Below are positions 1 to 12,017 of a stretch of 64,000 nucleotides of DNA, in pieces. The notes under the pieces were generated by a model. It worked only from the letters and a program-made list of their open reading frames with translations. It was not told where the DNA came from and did not search any database. The stretch is from positions 14,384,001 to 14,448,000 of the forward strand of contig NC_058386.1 of the NCBI RefSeq assembly GCF_018350175.1. Direction: 5' to 3'. The DNA is from Felis catus. Its lineage: Eukaryota. The translations under genes were made by a program, and so were the position numbers. How positions within the stretch are numbered: the first letter of the stretch is position 1; each line of letters opens with the position of its first letter.

Positions 1-89
1 ACCACGTATATAGAACATATTGTGTGTTCACTGCTGAAATAATATTAAAGAAAACTACTTAAACACACTTTGCCCAACACCTTTGAAAC

Positions 90-500
90 CCCTGTGTGTC
101 TCCTCCCTGATAGTGTTCTATCCCTCACCTCAGAAAACCATTATCCTAGTTTTGTTCATCATTTCCTTGATAGAGGCATAAACATATAAATACATAAATT
201 ATTCACCTTCTCTTGTCCTTGAACTTTATATAAAGGGAGTCATACTGCACATATATTTCTGTGAATTGCTTATTTCACTCAATATCATGCTTTTGAGTGG
301 TTGTCCCATGTGCATGTGTGCAGCGATAATTTATGCAGTTTTGCTGCTGTACAGTATTTCACTGCATGCTTGTATCACAATTTATCCATTTTACTGGTGC
401 CGGACATTTGCTTTCTCGGTTTTCGCCTATTATAAATTATGATGCTATGTACATTGCTGTGCACCTGTCCTGGGGCACATGCAAAGTGTTTGAATTGTTT
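90..500 (-). mobile_element. Old L1 (L1M/L1ME-type) 3' region fragment
   Basis: Antisense L1 3'-UTR-like text (gaactttatataaagggagtcatactgcac...ttcactcaatatcatgcttttgag...tttatccattttact). Confidence 0.7.
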
Positions 501-578
501 ATGGGTCGTTTGTGTTTCCCTGGCCTTGAAATACCTGTTAATATCTTTTGAAGACTTTTCTATTAGGTTGATATATAT

Positions 579-1117
579 TGTAATAGACTCCTAACGTGAC
601 CAATAATGATCCCTACTTCCTGGTATTCATAGTCTGTGTAATCCACTCCCCTGGAACGTGGACTGGGCCTAGTAATGTGCTTCTAACAAATGGGATATGG
701 CAAAAGTGATGAAATATCACCTCCAAGATTAGGTTACAAGACATCGTGACGTGCATCTTGCTTAGCAGGTTCTTTCTGGCACCCTCTCCTGCCCTCCTGC
801 TTGCTCCCCACAATGAGGCCAGCTGCCATGTGTGAGATGCAATGTGGAGAGGCCCGTGTGGCAAGGAACCGAGGGAGGCCTCCTGCCAACAACTCATGAG
901 AAACCTAATCCTGCCAACAATCACATGAGTTTGAGCTTGGAAGAAGGTCCTTCCCAGTTGGGGTCTTGAGATGACTGAAGCCTGTGAAACTCTGAAGCAG
1001 AGGGTCCAGCTAAGCCATGCCCAGATTCCTGACCTACAGAAACTGTGAGATCTTAAATGTGTGTTGTGTAAATTTCTAAGTATTGGGGTAATTTGTTACA
1101 CAGCAATAGAACATACA
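579..1117 (+). mobile_element. MaLR solo LTR (MLT1F/E-like)
   Basis: Starts tgtaatagac, has aatgatccctacttcctggtattca and ttctaacaaatgggatatggcaaaagtgatg, ends ggggtaatttgttacacagcaatagaacataca; interrupts the L1. Confidence 0.85.
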
Positions 1118-1706
1118 CACAGGTGCGTGTGCGTGCGCGTGTGTATAAAATAGATAACATATACATATTATACATTCTGGATAAGAATTATTTGTTAGTT
1201 ACCTGTATTGCAAATATCCTCACTCAAATTGTGGCTATTTTTTTTCACACTCTTAATGGTGACCTTTTATGTAAAGAAGTCTTGACATTTAACATAATCA
1301 AATGTATCAATCTTTTTCTTCAAAGTTTGAACTTTTTCTGTCCTATTTAAGAATCATTATATACCCCCAAAGCTGTTATATGAATATTTCCTCATGTTTT
1401 CCTTGAAAAGTTTTTAGGTTTTATCTTTCACATTTAAGTTCTTAACCCATCTGGACTGGATATATGTGTATAATAAGGTAGCAGTTCATTTTGTATGGCA
1501 TATGGTGATGTAGGGATTTATTTTCATTCTTTTCCCTTAGGGATAGCCAATTTTCCCAGTACTATATATCGAGCAGTTCTTTTCTTTTTTTCCTTCCCAG
1601 TTGTAGTCATTACTGTCATATATCAGGTTTTCAAATATGAATGCATCTGTGTCTGGGGTGTCTTTTCTGTTCCATTGTCTAAACCTTATCAGGAATACAC
1701 TGTCTT

Positions 1707-1901
1707 GGGGCACCTGGGGGGCTCAGTTGGTTAAGCGACCAACTCTTGATTTCAGCTTGGGTCATGATCTCACAGTTCATGAGATCCATCCCTGCATTGG
1801 GCTCTGCACTGATAGCATGGAGACTGCTTGGGATTCTCTCTCTCCCTCTCTCTGCCCCTCCTCCCCCCAAATAAACAAACTTTTAAAAATTAAAAAAGGA
1901 A
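1707..1901 (+). mobile_element. CAN-SINE
   Basis: ggggcacctggggggctcag head, (CT)n, A-tail; TSD aggaatacactgtctt / aggagtacattgtctt. Confidence 0.95.
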
Positions 1902-2019
1902 AGGAGTACATTGTCTTTACTACAGTTATATAATATTTGAGGAGTCAAATTCCATCACCTACTTTCTCTTCCTTAGGAGCATCTTGGCAACCCTTGGTAT
2001 ATATTCTTCATATACATTT

Positions 2020-2320
2020 TATTTTACNNNNNNNNNNNNNNNNNNNNNNNNNNNNNNNNNNNNNNNNNNNNNNNNNNNNNNNNNNNNNNNNNNNNNNNNN
2101 NNNNNNNNNNNNNNNNNNNNNNNNNNNNNNNNNNNNNNNNNNNNNNNNNNNNNNNNNNNNNNNNNNNNNNNNNNNNNNNNNNNNNNNNNNNNNNNNNNNN
2201 NNNNNNNNNNNCACGCTCAGCACAGAGCCCTAGGCAGGGCTCAAACCCACGACTGTGAGATCATGACCTGAGCCAAAATCAAGAGTCAGACACTTAACTG
2301 ACTGAGCCACACAGGCACCC
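2020..2320 (-). mobile_element. CAN-SINE partly hidden in gap
   Basis: gagatcatgacctgagcc...actgagccacacaggcaccc; TSD tcttcatata(c/t)atttt on both sides. Confidence 0.9.
2028..2211. other. Assembly gap (N run)
   Basis: N bases. Confidence 1.
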
Positions 2321-2619
2321 ATCTTCATATATATTTTAGAAACAGCATACCAAGATAAAACCTGTTGGGATTACATTGAATTTATGTATCAATTTGGGGA
2401 GAGTGAACTATTTATAGTGCTGAATCTTCCTATCTTTGAAAACAGTATGTTCATAGACTTGACTTTAGATTTTCTTTAACATCTTTCAGTAAAATTTTAA
2501 AATTTATTCCATGGAATTCTTGTACATTTTTGTTAGATGTATTCCTAGATAACTTGTGTACTCTTGTTACCATCTTAATTGATACCTGTTTAAAAATTCC
2601 TTTCCTGATGTGCAAAAAT

Positions 2620-3022
2620 GCTGACACACAAAAAATTCAGTTCATATTCATGGATTGGAAGAACAAATGTTAAAATGTCCACACTACTCGAAACAATCTA
2701 CAGATTTAATGCAAAAACTAACAGCATTTTTCACAGAACTAGAACAAATAATTCTAAAATTTGTATGGAATCACAAAAAATAACAAAAACAAAACCCAAA
2801 TAGCCAAAGCAATCTTGAAAAAGAACAAATTTCAAGGTATCATAATTCTAGATTTCGAGATATACTACAGAGCAATAGTAATCAACACAGTATGGTACTG
2901 GCACAGAAACAGACATGTAGATCAACAGAACAGAACAGAGAGCCCACAAATAAGCCCACAATTATGTGGTCCATTAATCTTCAACAAAGGAGGCAAGAAT
3001 ATATAACAGAAAAAGGTCTCTC
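2620..3022 (+). mobile_element. L1 ORF2 internal fragment (younger, carnivore-type), frameshifted
   Basis: Translates to SWIGRTNVKMSTL..IYRFNA and [57 protein letters not shown], the L1 ORF2 post-RT region. Confidence 0.93.
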
Positions 3023-3494
3023 TGTGCTGTGGTCCCAGGAATTGTGTAAAAACACAGCTCTTGATGCAAATTCAGTTATTCTCATTGAGTGCCATGCCTG
3101 CATGGCTCAAGAGAGAAACTGGTTATAGGCCACCAATAAGACAGTATAACATGACCAAGTTGGTTAATGTCATAGTGGGGAGGATTCTACTATCCCCAAG
3201 TAAAACTCTAACCTGAAGGTATTCTTTGCATTAAGTATAAGGTGACTGTCAATAGGTCCTATAATCAAGTTGGAGCTTCCCTTAAACAGCCCATCCACTG
3301 CCCAGGCAACATCTGATTCAGCCTGATTATCTGACTTGATTCACTATACTGAGTGGCTTGGTACAGTAAACAGGTTTCCAGGAACGTCAGCCCGGCAAGG
3401 ATTACCATGGGAGTTTGAGAAAGTTAAAAGCCTCCTTAGCCTTTACATTGCCATCTGTCAAATGGAGATTGCACCATCTGTCCTGAACAAGAGG

Positions 3495-3725
3495 CAGTTT
3501 AGCATATCAGAAAGGACACAGGTTCTGAGGTCAGACTCCCTAGGTTCAAACTGTTGAAACTTGGGAGAATGGCTGAATCTCCTTGAAAATGGAGCTTCAG
3601 TTTCTTTATCCATAAGGTGGAGATGATTATACTAGCCTTACAGCATATGGGTGGAGGCTTCAATCACACAGGTGCAAACGTCTAGCCCATGGCCCAATCC
3701 ATTGTAGACACTCAGCTAATCCTTG
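3495..3725 (+). mobile_element. MIR SINE
   Basis: ggttctgaggtcagactccctaggttcaaa...cttcagtttctttatccataaggtggagatgat core. Confidence 0.75.
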
Positions 3726-6700
3726 GTGCCTTGCCCCTGCTCCTGTGAATGTCTTGCTTGGTCAGAGTTTGGATAGGCCCTTGGCTGTAACTACAACAGA
3801 GGACTAAGAAGCTATTGAAATCTGCGGCAAAATAAAAGATGTATTTAGAGCAGCAAGGGATTGGCTATGACAATAATAGTCCGCATATGGGAATTAAGCC
3901 TCAAATGATGGGAAAAAAAAGAGAACTCGGGCTAAATTTTTAAAAAGACATGCTTACTAAGGAGGAAAAATACATTTTTTCTACCCCCTGATGCAAGCTA
4001 TTTTTCTCCAGGGCTACGACAAGGGGGGTAAAGCCGAGGTTCTTTGAAATAAAGGGTGGACCCCTCAGGGCTCCTTTCCTCAAACCAAATCTCCTAGCTG
4101 GGCTTTGTCAGAGAAACTTCATGAACTGTAATTGTAATTTCAAGAATCACTATACCGAGAGCCCTTAAACCACTAATGGAGAGAAATTTGGGTCTTTTTG
4201 TACATCCTGCTATTTCCTTTCAGATCATTAAAGTTCCTTATAGGAATGGCAAACAGTTGTTTTGATTCTGGCTGCAATGGCCCTGGACCAAGGGCAAGAA
4301 AGCATTCCTCTGTTTGCATCCTGGCTAGAAATAGTCATACGAGAAAGGAATTTTTCCCCAAAAACCTCCTTCAGCTGCCTATGCTGGACCTGATTAATTC
4401 AGGAGGGCAGCGTCCAGGAAAATGCTTTTCATTCCAGTTAAGCTCTTTCTGGCTCTCTTTTCCTTCCTCAGTTCAAGGAGTCTGAAGACACACTTTCTAA
4501 AGCATCCTAGTCCCTTACACAGGAGAGGAACGTTCAGTCCCAGAAAAGGAATACAGAAAGGATTCCTTCTAGATGGCTTTTGACTCCAGGGATTTCTGTC
4601 TTTCAGTGTCTTCAGAAGGTGACAACGATGCTGATTTCTATGGCACTGGAAACAATCAGGGCAGACAGCCATTATGGGTGGGAAATTGGAATCATGAGGG
4701 CAACAACGACAATGACCAAGAAATGTGTCTGGGGCAACACCATTGTCAGTCTGTATATTGCTCCTAATTTCCCCCTTAGTCTGAGTAATACCCCATCTGA
4801 GTAATAACATGCCCTCGGTGCTGAGCAAAGCAGGTTGATTTCATCCATTCTGCTCTCTGTGATCCTCTTACGGGGAGAGCAAGACTGTAAAATGATGGTG
4901 AGGATAGTAAATTTTTGTTATTTATTGGCAGGACTTTCTATGCCCTTTGCTAAAAGCTCTCGTTGGGAGAAGCGGCAGCAAGGAGGAAAGTATTTCTTTA
5001 GCATAGTTGTCATTTTTCAGTGAATGGAATGTAGTTACAAAGGTCATAAATGCTGCCTCTGTGTGTAGTCACAGAGTAGTAGCATCACATGTGCTAATAT
5101 TTCATGCTGAAGTTAAAATCAATTAATTCATTAAAATTCCTTGGTTTTGAGGAAGTGGCTAAAACGGGGCTACCTTTCAGGGTTATATTAATCATAGTAT
5201 CTGCAATCCTCAGGGCTCGTTTCAAAATTAGCACCCTGAGGATCACAAGTGGCGGCACGTGCTTCCCAAATTATTGAAAGCTGGTTTCATATCTGGCCGT
5301 AAAAATACAAATCAGCCTCTTTCACTCTGTGTCGGCTCAGAGAGCAGCTGCTTATGATATAAAAAATACCACGGCTGGCTGGTTTACAGCATCCACTATA
5401 AATACAGGGGTATTTTATTCATCTGAAGAAAACCATGAATTGGATCAAGACAAGTTAGAAGAAAAAGCAGGAGTTTAGATTTTAGTGAGTGTCACAAAAC
5501 ACATCCCAGGTGGAGGATGTGAGCCCTGGGCTGCTTTTCTGGCAGGAGCTGCTCTCCCTCTCCAACCTACCCGCCCCCACACCTCTACATGTGCGATCCT
5601 CTAGGGCCACCATCTTCCCTAAAGAATTCATCTTCTCCAGTAGATATTGGGGCTAGTGGAGAAAGGAGGAGCCACTGTTGTCTATACAATTAAAATCATG
5701 GAAATTTGTCTACAATCCAGTTACTGAAAGGCAGTTAGGTATTATCTAGTATAAATGTCCTTCGTGTCATGAAGCACCACGTCAAAATTCCCCAAACAAG
5801 GTGAACTGCCAATAACGGTGTCATAAAAGTCCCTATATGATAAGGTGAGCCATTTCATGTCAGGACATTAGACTGTTTGCATAGGAGGCTAAAGTTTAAT
5901 TCCCTGTAATTTTACTGCATTGGCTTTAGTTCTGATTTCTCCAGCTCCACATATTTAATGAGCTATCTATATACTGCCTCATTCCATAGAGGATTTGAGG
6001 CAACTTACTACAAATAAAATGCACATGGTGTACAAAAGAAAAATAAAGAGTTGAGAGAGTCTGGTAAAGAGAAGATGGGAGTTGGAAAATCATACAGCCA
6101 GGAGCCAGATTCAAACCAGAGCTATCTTTGATCGCGCCTTTTAGGGTTGTTGGAGGTAGCCTCCAAAGTGGCTCTGTATTTCCTAACTATCACAGGGAAG
6201 AGCCACTGGGATATAGGTTCCAGGAGAGCAGGGATATGTGTCAGTTTCGTTCCCTGCTCTGCCCTGCCCCTGCTGGCACTTGGAGCCGAGCAGGTGCTCA
6301 ATCCTTCCACGGTTCTGTGTCGGATGAACGTTGAGTTAAAGAGGAAAGTGCCTTCAACTATGAGATTCTGAGTGTTGGTAAAATCAAAAAGAATGAAGTG
6401 TTCAGAAGAAGCAATTCCTGGAAATAAAACTTAAGAAAAAGTTTTCCTGAGCCCTCAAACAGAACAGAATGTAGCACAGTGGATGACGTCCTTGACAATG
6501 TCCCTGCAATGGGTCAAAGAATGAAATTTCCTCCACTGTTTTTTTGTAATGATACTCAGTATGGGCAGAGAGGATAAGGCCACAGCACTGCACGGTAAAA
6601 AGGAATTCTACAAGAGGGCAAATGAGGCAATGCAAGTAAGTCTAAAAAGTTTCAACTCCCAGCTTTTCAGAGGCACATCTGTATACCCCTAAAGGCTTGT

Positions 6701-6811
6701 GTCTCTGTGGGAGACAGATATTAAACACAGATTAAACAAGCCCTATCACCCTGGGTGCCAAATTTACCAGAAGATGGAGTTGGGGGAAGAGAAGGCAAGT
6801 AAAGTCTTTTA

Positions 6812-6970
6812 CACCCTTGCTACTCAAAGTATAAACCAGCAGCTTTGGCATCACCTGAAGGCTTGTTAGAAATTCAGAATTTCAGTCTCTCCTCCAGAAC
6901 TACTCAGTTTGGAATTTGCATGTTAACAAGGTTCCCAGGTGATTCATACACAGAAAAGTTTGAAAAGTGC
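6812..6970. mobile_element. MER5A-like hAT-Charlie MITE
   Basis: ccttgctactcaaagt...ggcatcacctgaaggcttgttagaaattcagaat...aacaaggttcccaggtgattcatac...aagtttga. Confidence 0.85.
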
Positions 6971-7329
6971 CTCTTTATTACTGTTATATTCAGAGAGATA
7001 CAGATCATTTATGAAGTAAATGTAAAATGAGTATAACTTTTGAAGACAATATGAGACACTTCAGAGAAATTTCTCACCAGTGACTGGCAGTTTGGGGCTA
7101 TACCTCTGGCTGTGCAGGGAGGCTGCAGGAGCTGTCCTGTTCTTAGAGTAAAATGAGACTTATTTGAGAAGCAGGGCTCTGATTTACTGAAAAAGAAAAA
7201 CTTAAACTCTTCAACTCTCTAAAGATGGCTCAGAAATCCTCACCCTTCCCCCCCTTGAGTTTTTTTTCTTCTTGAATGAGTATAACAACCTGTCTTTAAT
7301 CGTTGTTCCTCAGATCATTAGGTTACCGA

Positions 7330-7520
7330 CAGTGGTGTCCTGACAAACCCACCGTCTAGAAAGTAAAAAGTGCTGATGTCTAGCATTTTCCAATTACCAT
7401 GGTGTAAATACTCCCACCATGGGCCATTTCAAGCTACCAAGGGTTTAATCACCAGCTCAAAAATTCCTGAATATTTAGCAATTTCTAGAATTGAGTACCA
7501 CCTGGCTCGAGCATTAGTTC
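7330..7520 (-). mobile_element. MER63-like hAT-Blackjack element
   Basis: cagtggtgt start; ccatggtgtaaatactcccaccatgggccatttcaagctaccaa...aaaattcctgaatattt. Confidence 0.8.
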
Positions 7521-7750
7521 TAGACCCTTTTCCACCCTGACTGCCTGTCTCAGATCCATTGCAGTTTGTCAGCCTGCCATGATGTGAGTACAATCATACG
7601 GACAGAGTCTGGCAGGTACCAAATACAACAGAATTAGCCTTCCCATTATACTATAATTAATGTAGTCCAAGATCACATTTAATACTTGGCAGTCATGTAC
7701 ATTTCTCACTCACGAGGAGTTTATAATAAATCAAAGGTCCTAAGACTCCA

Positions 7751-7766
7751 CCCCCCCCCCCCCCCC
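7751..7766. repeat. Poly-C (C16) tract
   Basis: 16 consecutive C. Confidence 0.95.
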
Positions 7767-8036
7767 ACTATACTAACGTCAGCCCCTGTCCCTTTGATAC
7801 GGTTTCTGTATAGTTTAATTTTTAAACAAAAGCACATGCATTTACATATATTCTTAGTGCATTTAATCTTGTTCATTTTTAACCCTTCATTCCAGCTTGT
7901 AGAGAACTCTCTGAGTGTGCCATTGGCCATGGGATCTATTTGTCTCTACTCTGCATCTTCTACACAGTTGCTGGGCTTTTCTCGTAAGTGTTTATTAGAG
8001 TGTTTAATAAAAAGAAGAAAAGGCCAGGGTTAAGAG

Positions 8037-8545
8037 TGTAGGCGCCAAGGGTGAGAAGCCTCCAAATGTGCCACTTTGGCAGGCAGATTACTTGGAGCTG
8101 AAAACAATCAAGGCCCAAAGACTCAGGAAGAAACTTTGACCTTCTCCCTGATTGCCTAAAAGAATTTAGATAAAGGATCTGCTCTAGGAAGAGAGGTATC
8201 ACCATTGATAACTACATTATAATATAAATTAGGGGCGGTAGACAGGGAGGAATTAGGCAAGGTTTTGTTTGTTAACATTCATCTCTCTGTCCTGTTGTTT
8301 CTGAATGGCTCACAAACACTTGTTTACCATTTACTCTTTTTCAGCTTCCTCTGAATTACTTTCCTTCCCTTTTAAGTCCCAGACCCCTACCCCCTCCTCC
8401 TTAGTTCAGGATGACATATACAACTCATTGTGCAAGTATGTAATTAAATTTTATTTTCTCCTGTCAATGTGCCTCGTGTCAACTTAATTCTTAGATAAGC
8501 TGGAAGAATCTTGAAGGACAGAGAAAAATATTTTCCTCCTCACCA
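8037..8545 (+). mobile_element. ERV1-class solo LTR (MER34/CarLTR-like)
   Basis: tgtagg start, ccaaatgtgccactttggc...gagctgaaaacaatc...tgcctaaaag, ends ttttcctcctcacca. Confidence 0.75.
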
Positions 8546-9529
8546 AAAGGCAGACCCTTACGACAGTACTGGAGATCTAGCTCAGAATGGACATTCAAGA
8601 CCAGACATGAATTGACATATCTGCTCTATCATTCAGACTACACTCTTAGTTTCTCATCCGCAAAATATCATGATAGCCCTGTTAAGTAGACTGCTGAGAT
8701 CCAGATATACTATCTCTAAGGTGCTCTTCTTGCTGTCCATTTTAATATCACTATCCAAAAAAGGGGAAAGGGTGACTGAGTTTGGGTTTGGAAGGATTTC
8801 TTAATCATCACTTTTCATGTGAAGTGCTTCTAAATCAACTGTTTAATAATACACTTATAATTTCTCCAAGGACCAATGTCCAGCTCAATGACTTGACACA
8901 GTGGTATTTCACTCATAACTGGAAGGTTTCACCAATGCAGAAAACCAAGCAAAGTAGGAGGGTAGGGGCTTGATCTTGGAATTAGACTCAGTCGCTGGGA
9001 TGGACAGGCAAGTGGGGGAGCGATGGGGGGAAGTTTTGACCAATATGTGGAACGTGGTGTTTGGGGAGTATAATCCCTCACAAAAATTTGACAAAACCAA
9101 CTGGTGTCACAGAAGTCTCTCAAAAGGTAATGGAATAGAACTGGCAGGTAAGTAGTGCCAAGGAGAAGGTTTCGTACAGTGAAACCTCTACAGTGAGGAG
9201 CCTGGGGTATTGGGATCTTCTATCCACAAGTTGCAAACAGGTCCAAGAACAGACTCCAATACCTAAATTACAGATGGATATTGCAAGAAAGGGCCCATGA
9301 CCCAGAACTGAGGCATAAGGTCAGGGGAGAGGGGTGGTAGCCCATAAAATATGATAGTGTACTACCAAAGCATTGAACTAGGACCTCTCTTACAGAAGTT
9401 ACCTCTTGCCCAAGAGCCTGGCTTCGGCTGAAGAACTTTTAAACAGCGATCAGATGATTCCCAGCCATGGGGAGAGGGTGGATGAAAGGGCAGGGAACTA
9501 GACAGATAGTGAAATCTTTCATCTGTGAG

Positions 9530-9800
9530 AAGTGTAGTGTAATACCAATTCAAAAACTTAGACTCCAGAGTCAGATTCCCTGGCTCATATCCTGGCTCTG
9601 CCATCTACTAGCAATGTATCTTGGGCAGATTGCTTAACTTCTCTGTGTCTCAGTTTCCTCACTGGAAAAGTGAAGATAGTATTAATGCTCACCTCATAAT
9701 GGTGTTGTGAGGAATCGACGAATCAACCTATCTAAAGCACTCAGAAACAGAACCTGGCACCTAGCAGGTACTATATCCACATTTGCTACCTGTATCATTT
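9530..9800 (+). mobile_element. MIR SINE (near full length)
   Basis: atcctggctctgccatctactagc...cttgggcagattgcttaacttctctgtgtctcagtttcctc...cctggcacctagcaggtact. Confidence 0.9.
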
Positions 9801-10017
9801 GCCTTTTCCAGTTGGAAAATCTGGATATGTGCCAATCCTCTAGCATTTCTCCCTTTCTCCATCACTTTCCTGGTAACCAATAGCAGTTCTCTAATCTCAT
9901 TCTGCATGTTCTTTCAATGACCGCAGATATAATTTGACTAGGCTTAGGGATTGTTAACTCATCTCAAACAAATAGGGGCTTTTAAAATATTATTTAATAT
10001 CTCTTCACTTCCTTCTT

Positions 10018-10126
10018 TTGTTCCATGCGTGTAGTGAAGTGTTTAAGAACACTTTCTTTCTTTTTTTTTTTTTTTTTATAATTGAAGTGTAGCTGACATA
10101 TAGTATTGTATGAGTTCCAGGCACAC
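10018..10126 (-). mobile_element. Very short 5'-truncated L1 3' end with extra sequence inside the TSD
   Basis: T-run + ataattgaagtgtagctgacata; TSD cttcact(t/c)ccttctt at 10003-10017 and 10127-10141. Confidence 0.7.
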
Positions 10127-10474
10127 CTTCACTCCCTTCTTAACTGAGGGTCCCCTATGACACCATCGCTGAGGTCCCACAGAGGAATCTGTCTTTTCCT
10201 CTTGTTCCTGTTGTAAGGTTCTTTTTCTTGATGAAAACTACAGAGGCAAAATAAGATTGAGATTTGGGGGAGGTAGTCAATAAGATTTCAGATCAGAATA
10301 ACCTCTTGAAGTAGTAGAAAGTAGCCTTGAGAGGTAATGAGAAGATCTGTTTTTCAGCCGTGCTTTCTGATGCAGCAGTGTGAGCGTGCCAAGTAGTGTA
10401 CCCTCTCTGGTTCCAGAGTCCTTATCTGTCAGAGAGAGAGCATTTTGGATGAGCTCCTCCCCATGCCTTCTTTG

Positions 10475-10794
10475 TCCACTCTGGCAGTCACCCACTGGGT
10501 GTGGCTCCTGAAAGCTTGAAATGTAGCAAGTCCAAATTGGGATTCGCTGGATATATACAAATACCACATTTTGAAGACTTATGGCAAAAAGAATATCAAT
10601 ATCTCACTAATACTTCTATATTGATCACACATTGAAAGGTGAATATCTTGGATATATCATGTTAAATTAAATATCTTATTATAATTACACTCACCTGTCT
10701 CTTTTCTTTCTTTTTTTTTTTTTGACATGTTTACTGGAAATTTTTTGTGAATTACTCATGTAGCTCACATTATACTTCCTTTGGACAGCACTGC
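10475..10794. mobile_element. MER33-like hAT-Charlie element
   Basis: gtgtggctcctgaaagcttgaaatgtagc...ttgaagactt...tagctcacattatacttcctttggacagcactg. Confidence 0.85.
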
Positions 10795-11420
10795 TCTATG
10801 ATATTCTGACTGCTTATCTTGCACTTGGTGGTGTTTTCCAAAGTCAGGGATGACAGTCAATAGGATTAGATATGAATAGCACAATTTCTAGTGGCATTCT
10901 TGGCTGATGTCTCTTCTCCCTAGTCTCAGCTGGTAAGAATGGCCCTGAAAGTTGCTGAAAGGTGAATTACTAAACACAGTGTCGAAAAATCATGATTGCG
11001 TCTTTCATTGCACAGAAATGTCAGCTTTTTGTTATTGTAACTCATTCTTGACCTTACTTTCAGAAGAATGTAGTGAAGGCATTTACAACTTAAATTCCCA
11101 GTAAAGAATTATTCAAATTACTTGAAAAATATCTTACAGTTTATATCCTCACTTTCATTCTAGACCACTTACGTGAGAATGAAAAATTTGAACTCTGATT
11201 TCAGGAGCTTGAAAGCCTAACAAAGACAAAAAAAATTCCTTCCAAAACCAGTGAGGAAATTAGTGGAGGGGAGCAGTAACATCAGAGTGAGAAGGAACAC
11301 AAGGAGGAGGACAAGAGCTCATGAATGAGAGACAAAGAAACTACATTTTAAAAAGCATTAAATAAAAATTTCAAATTAAACTAAAAATACACTCAAAATA
11401 ATTTACACTGGCACAAACCT

Positions 11421-12017
11421 TGTTAAAAACAAGACAACGGGGGTGGGGGTAGGGCTGGGTGGCTCAGTCAGTTAAGCGTCCAACTCTCAGTTTTAGCTCA
11501 GGTCATAATCTCACGGTTCGTGAGCTTGAGCCCTGCGTCGGGCTTTGTGATGCCGGTGCGGAGCCTGCTTGGGATGCTCTCTCTCTCCCCTTCTCTCTTT
11601 GCACCCCCACCGCCCCTCAAAATAAATAAATAAACTTAAGGAAAAAAACAAGACAACAGGCCCAAAATGGAATCACTTACGCTAAGCCCCATATCACCAG
11701 GCGAGACTTAACTTGATTATAGTTTTAACCTGTTCCAACCAGTCAATCAGGAATCGCCTGGTCCCTACTAGGTAGGTAATCTGCCTGCTAGACCCCTGTT
11801 GTCCCCTAAAGGAAAGTGACTTTGCCACAACCAATCTGCTTTTTGCCTAGCATAACTTCCTTGTTCCTGCTCCCTTCTGCCTACAAAAGTCTTTCATTTT
11901 GTACAGCTCCTTGAAACTCCTTTCTATCTGCTAGATGGATACTGCCTGATTCATGAATCATTGAATAAAGCCAATATGATCTTTAAAATTTACTTCGATG
12001 AATTTTGTTTTTCAACA
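11421..12017 (+). mobile_element. ERV1-class solo LTR with nested SINE
   Basis: Inverted termini tgttaaaaac...gtttttcaaca, CCAAT boxes, aataaa near 11966. Confidence 0.8.
11439..11643 (+). mobile_element. CAN-SINE with atypical G-rich head
   Basis: 14-bp TSD aaaaacaagacaac at 11425-11438 and 11644-11657. Confidence 0.95.

Larger units (their letters stand above)
1150..2600 (-). mobile_element. Old L1M (ORF2 3' part), interrupted by two SINEs and a gap
   Basis: tctggataagaattatttgttag..., acccatctggactggat..., gggattacattgaatttatgtatcaatttggggaga typical antisense L1. Confidence 0.75.

Noticed and set aside
4573-4828. Overlapping short ORFs as a possible coding exon
   Set aside because: No recognisable protein similarity and no clear donor site
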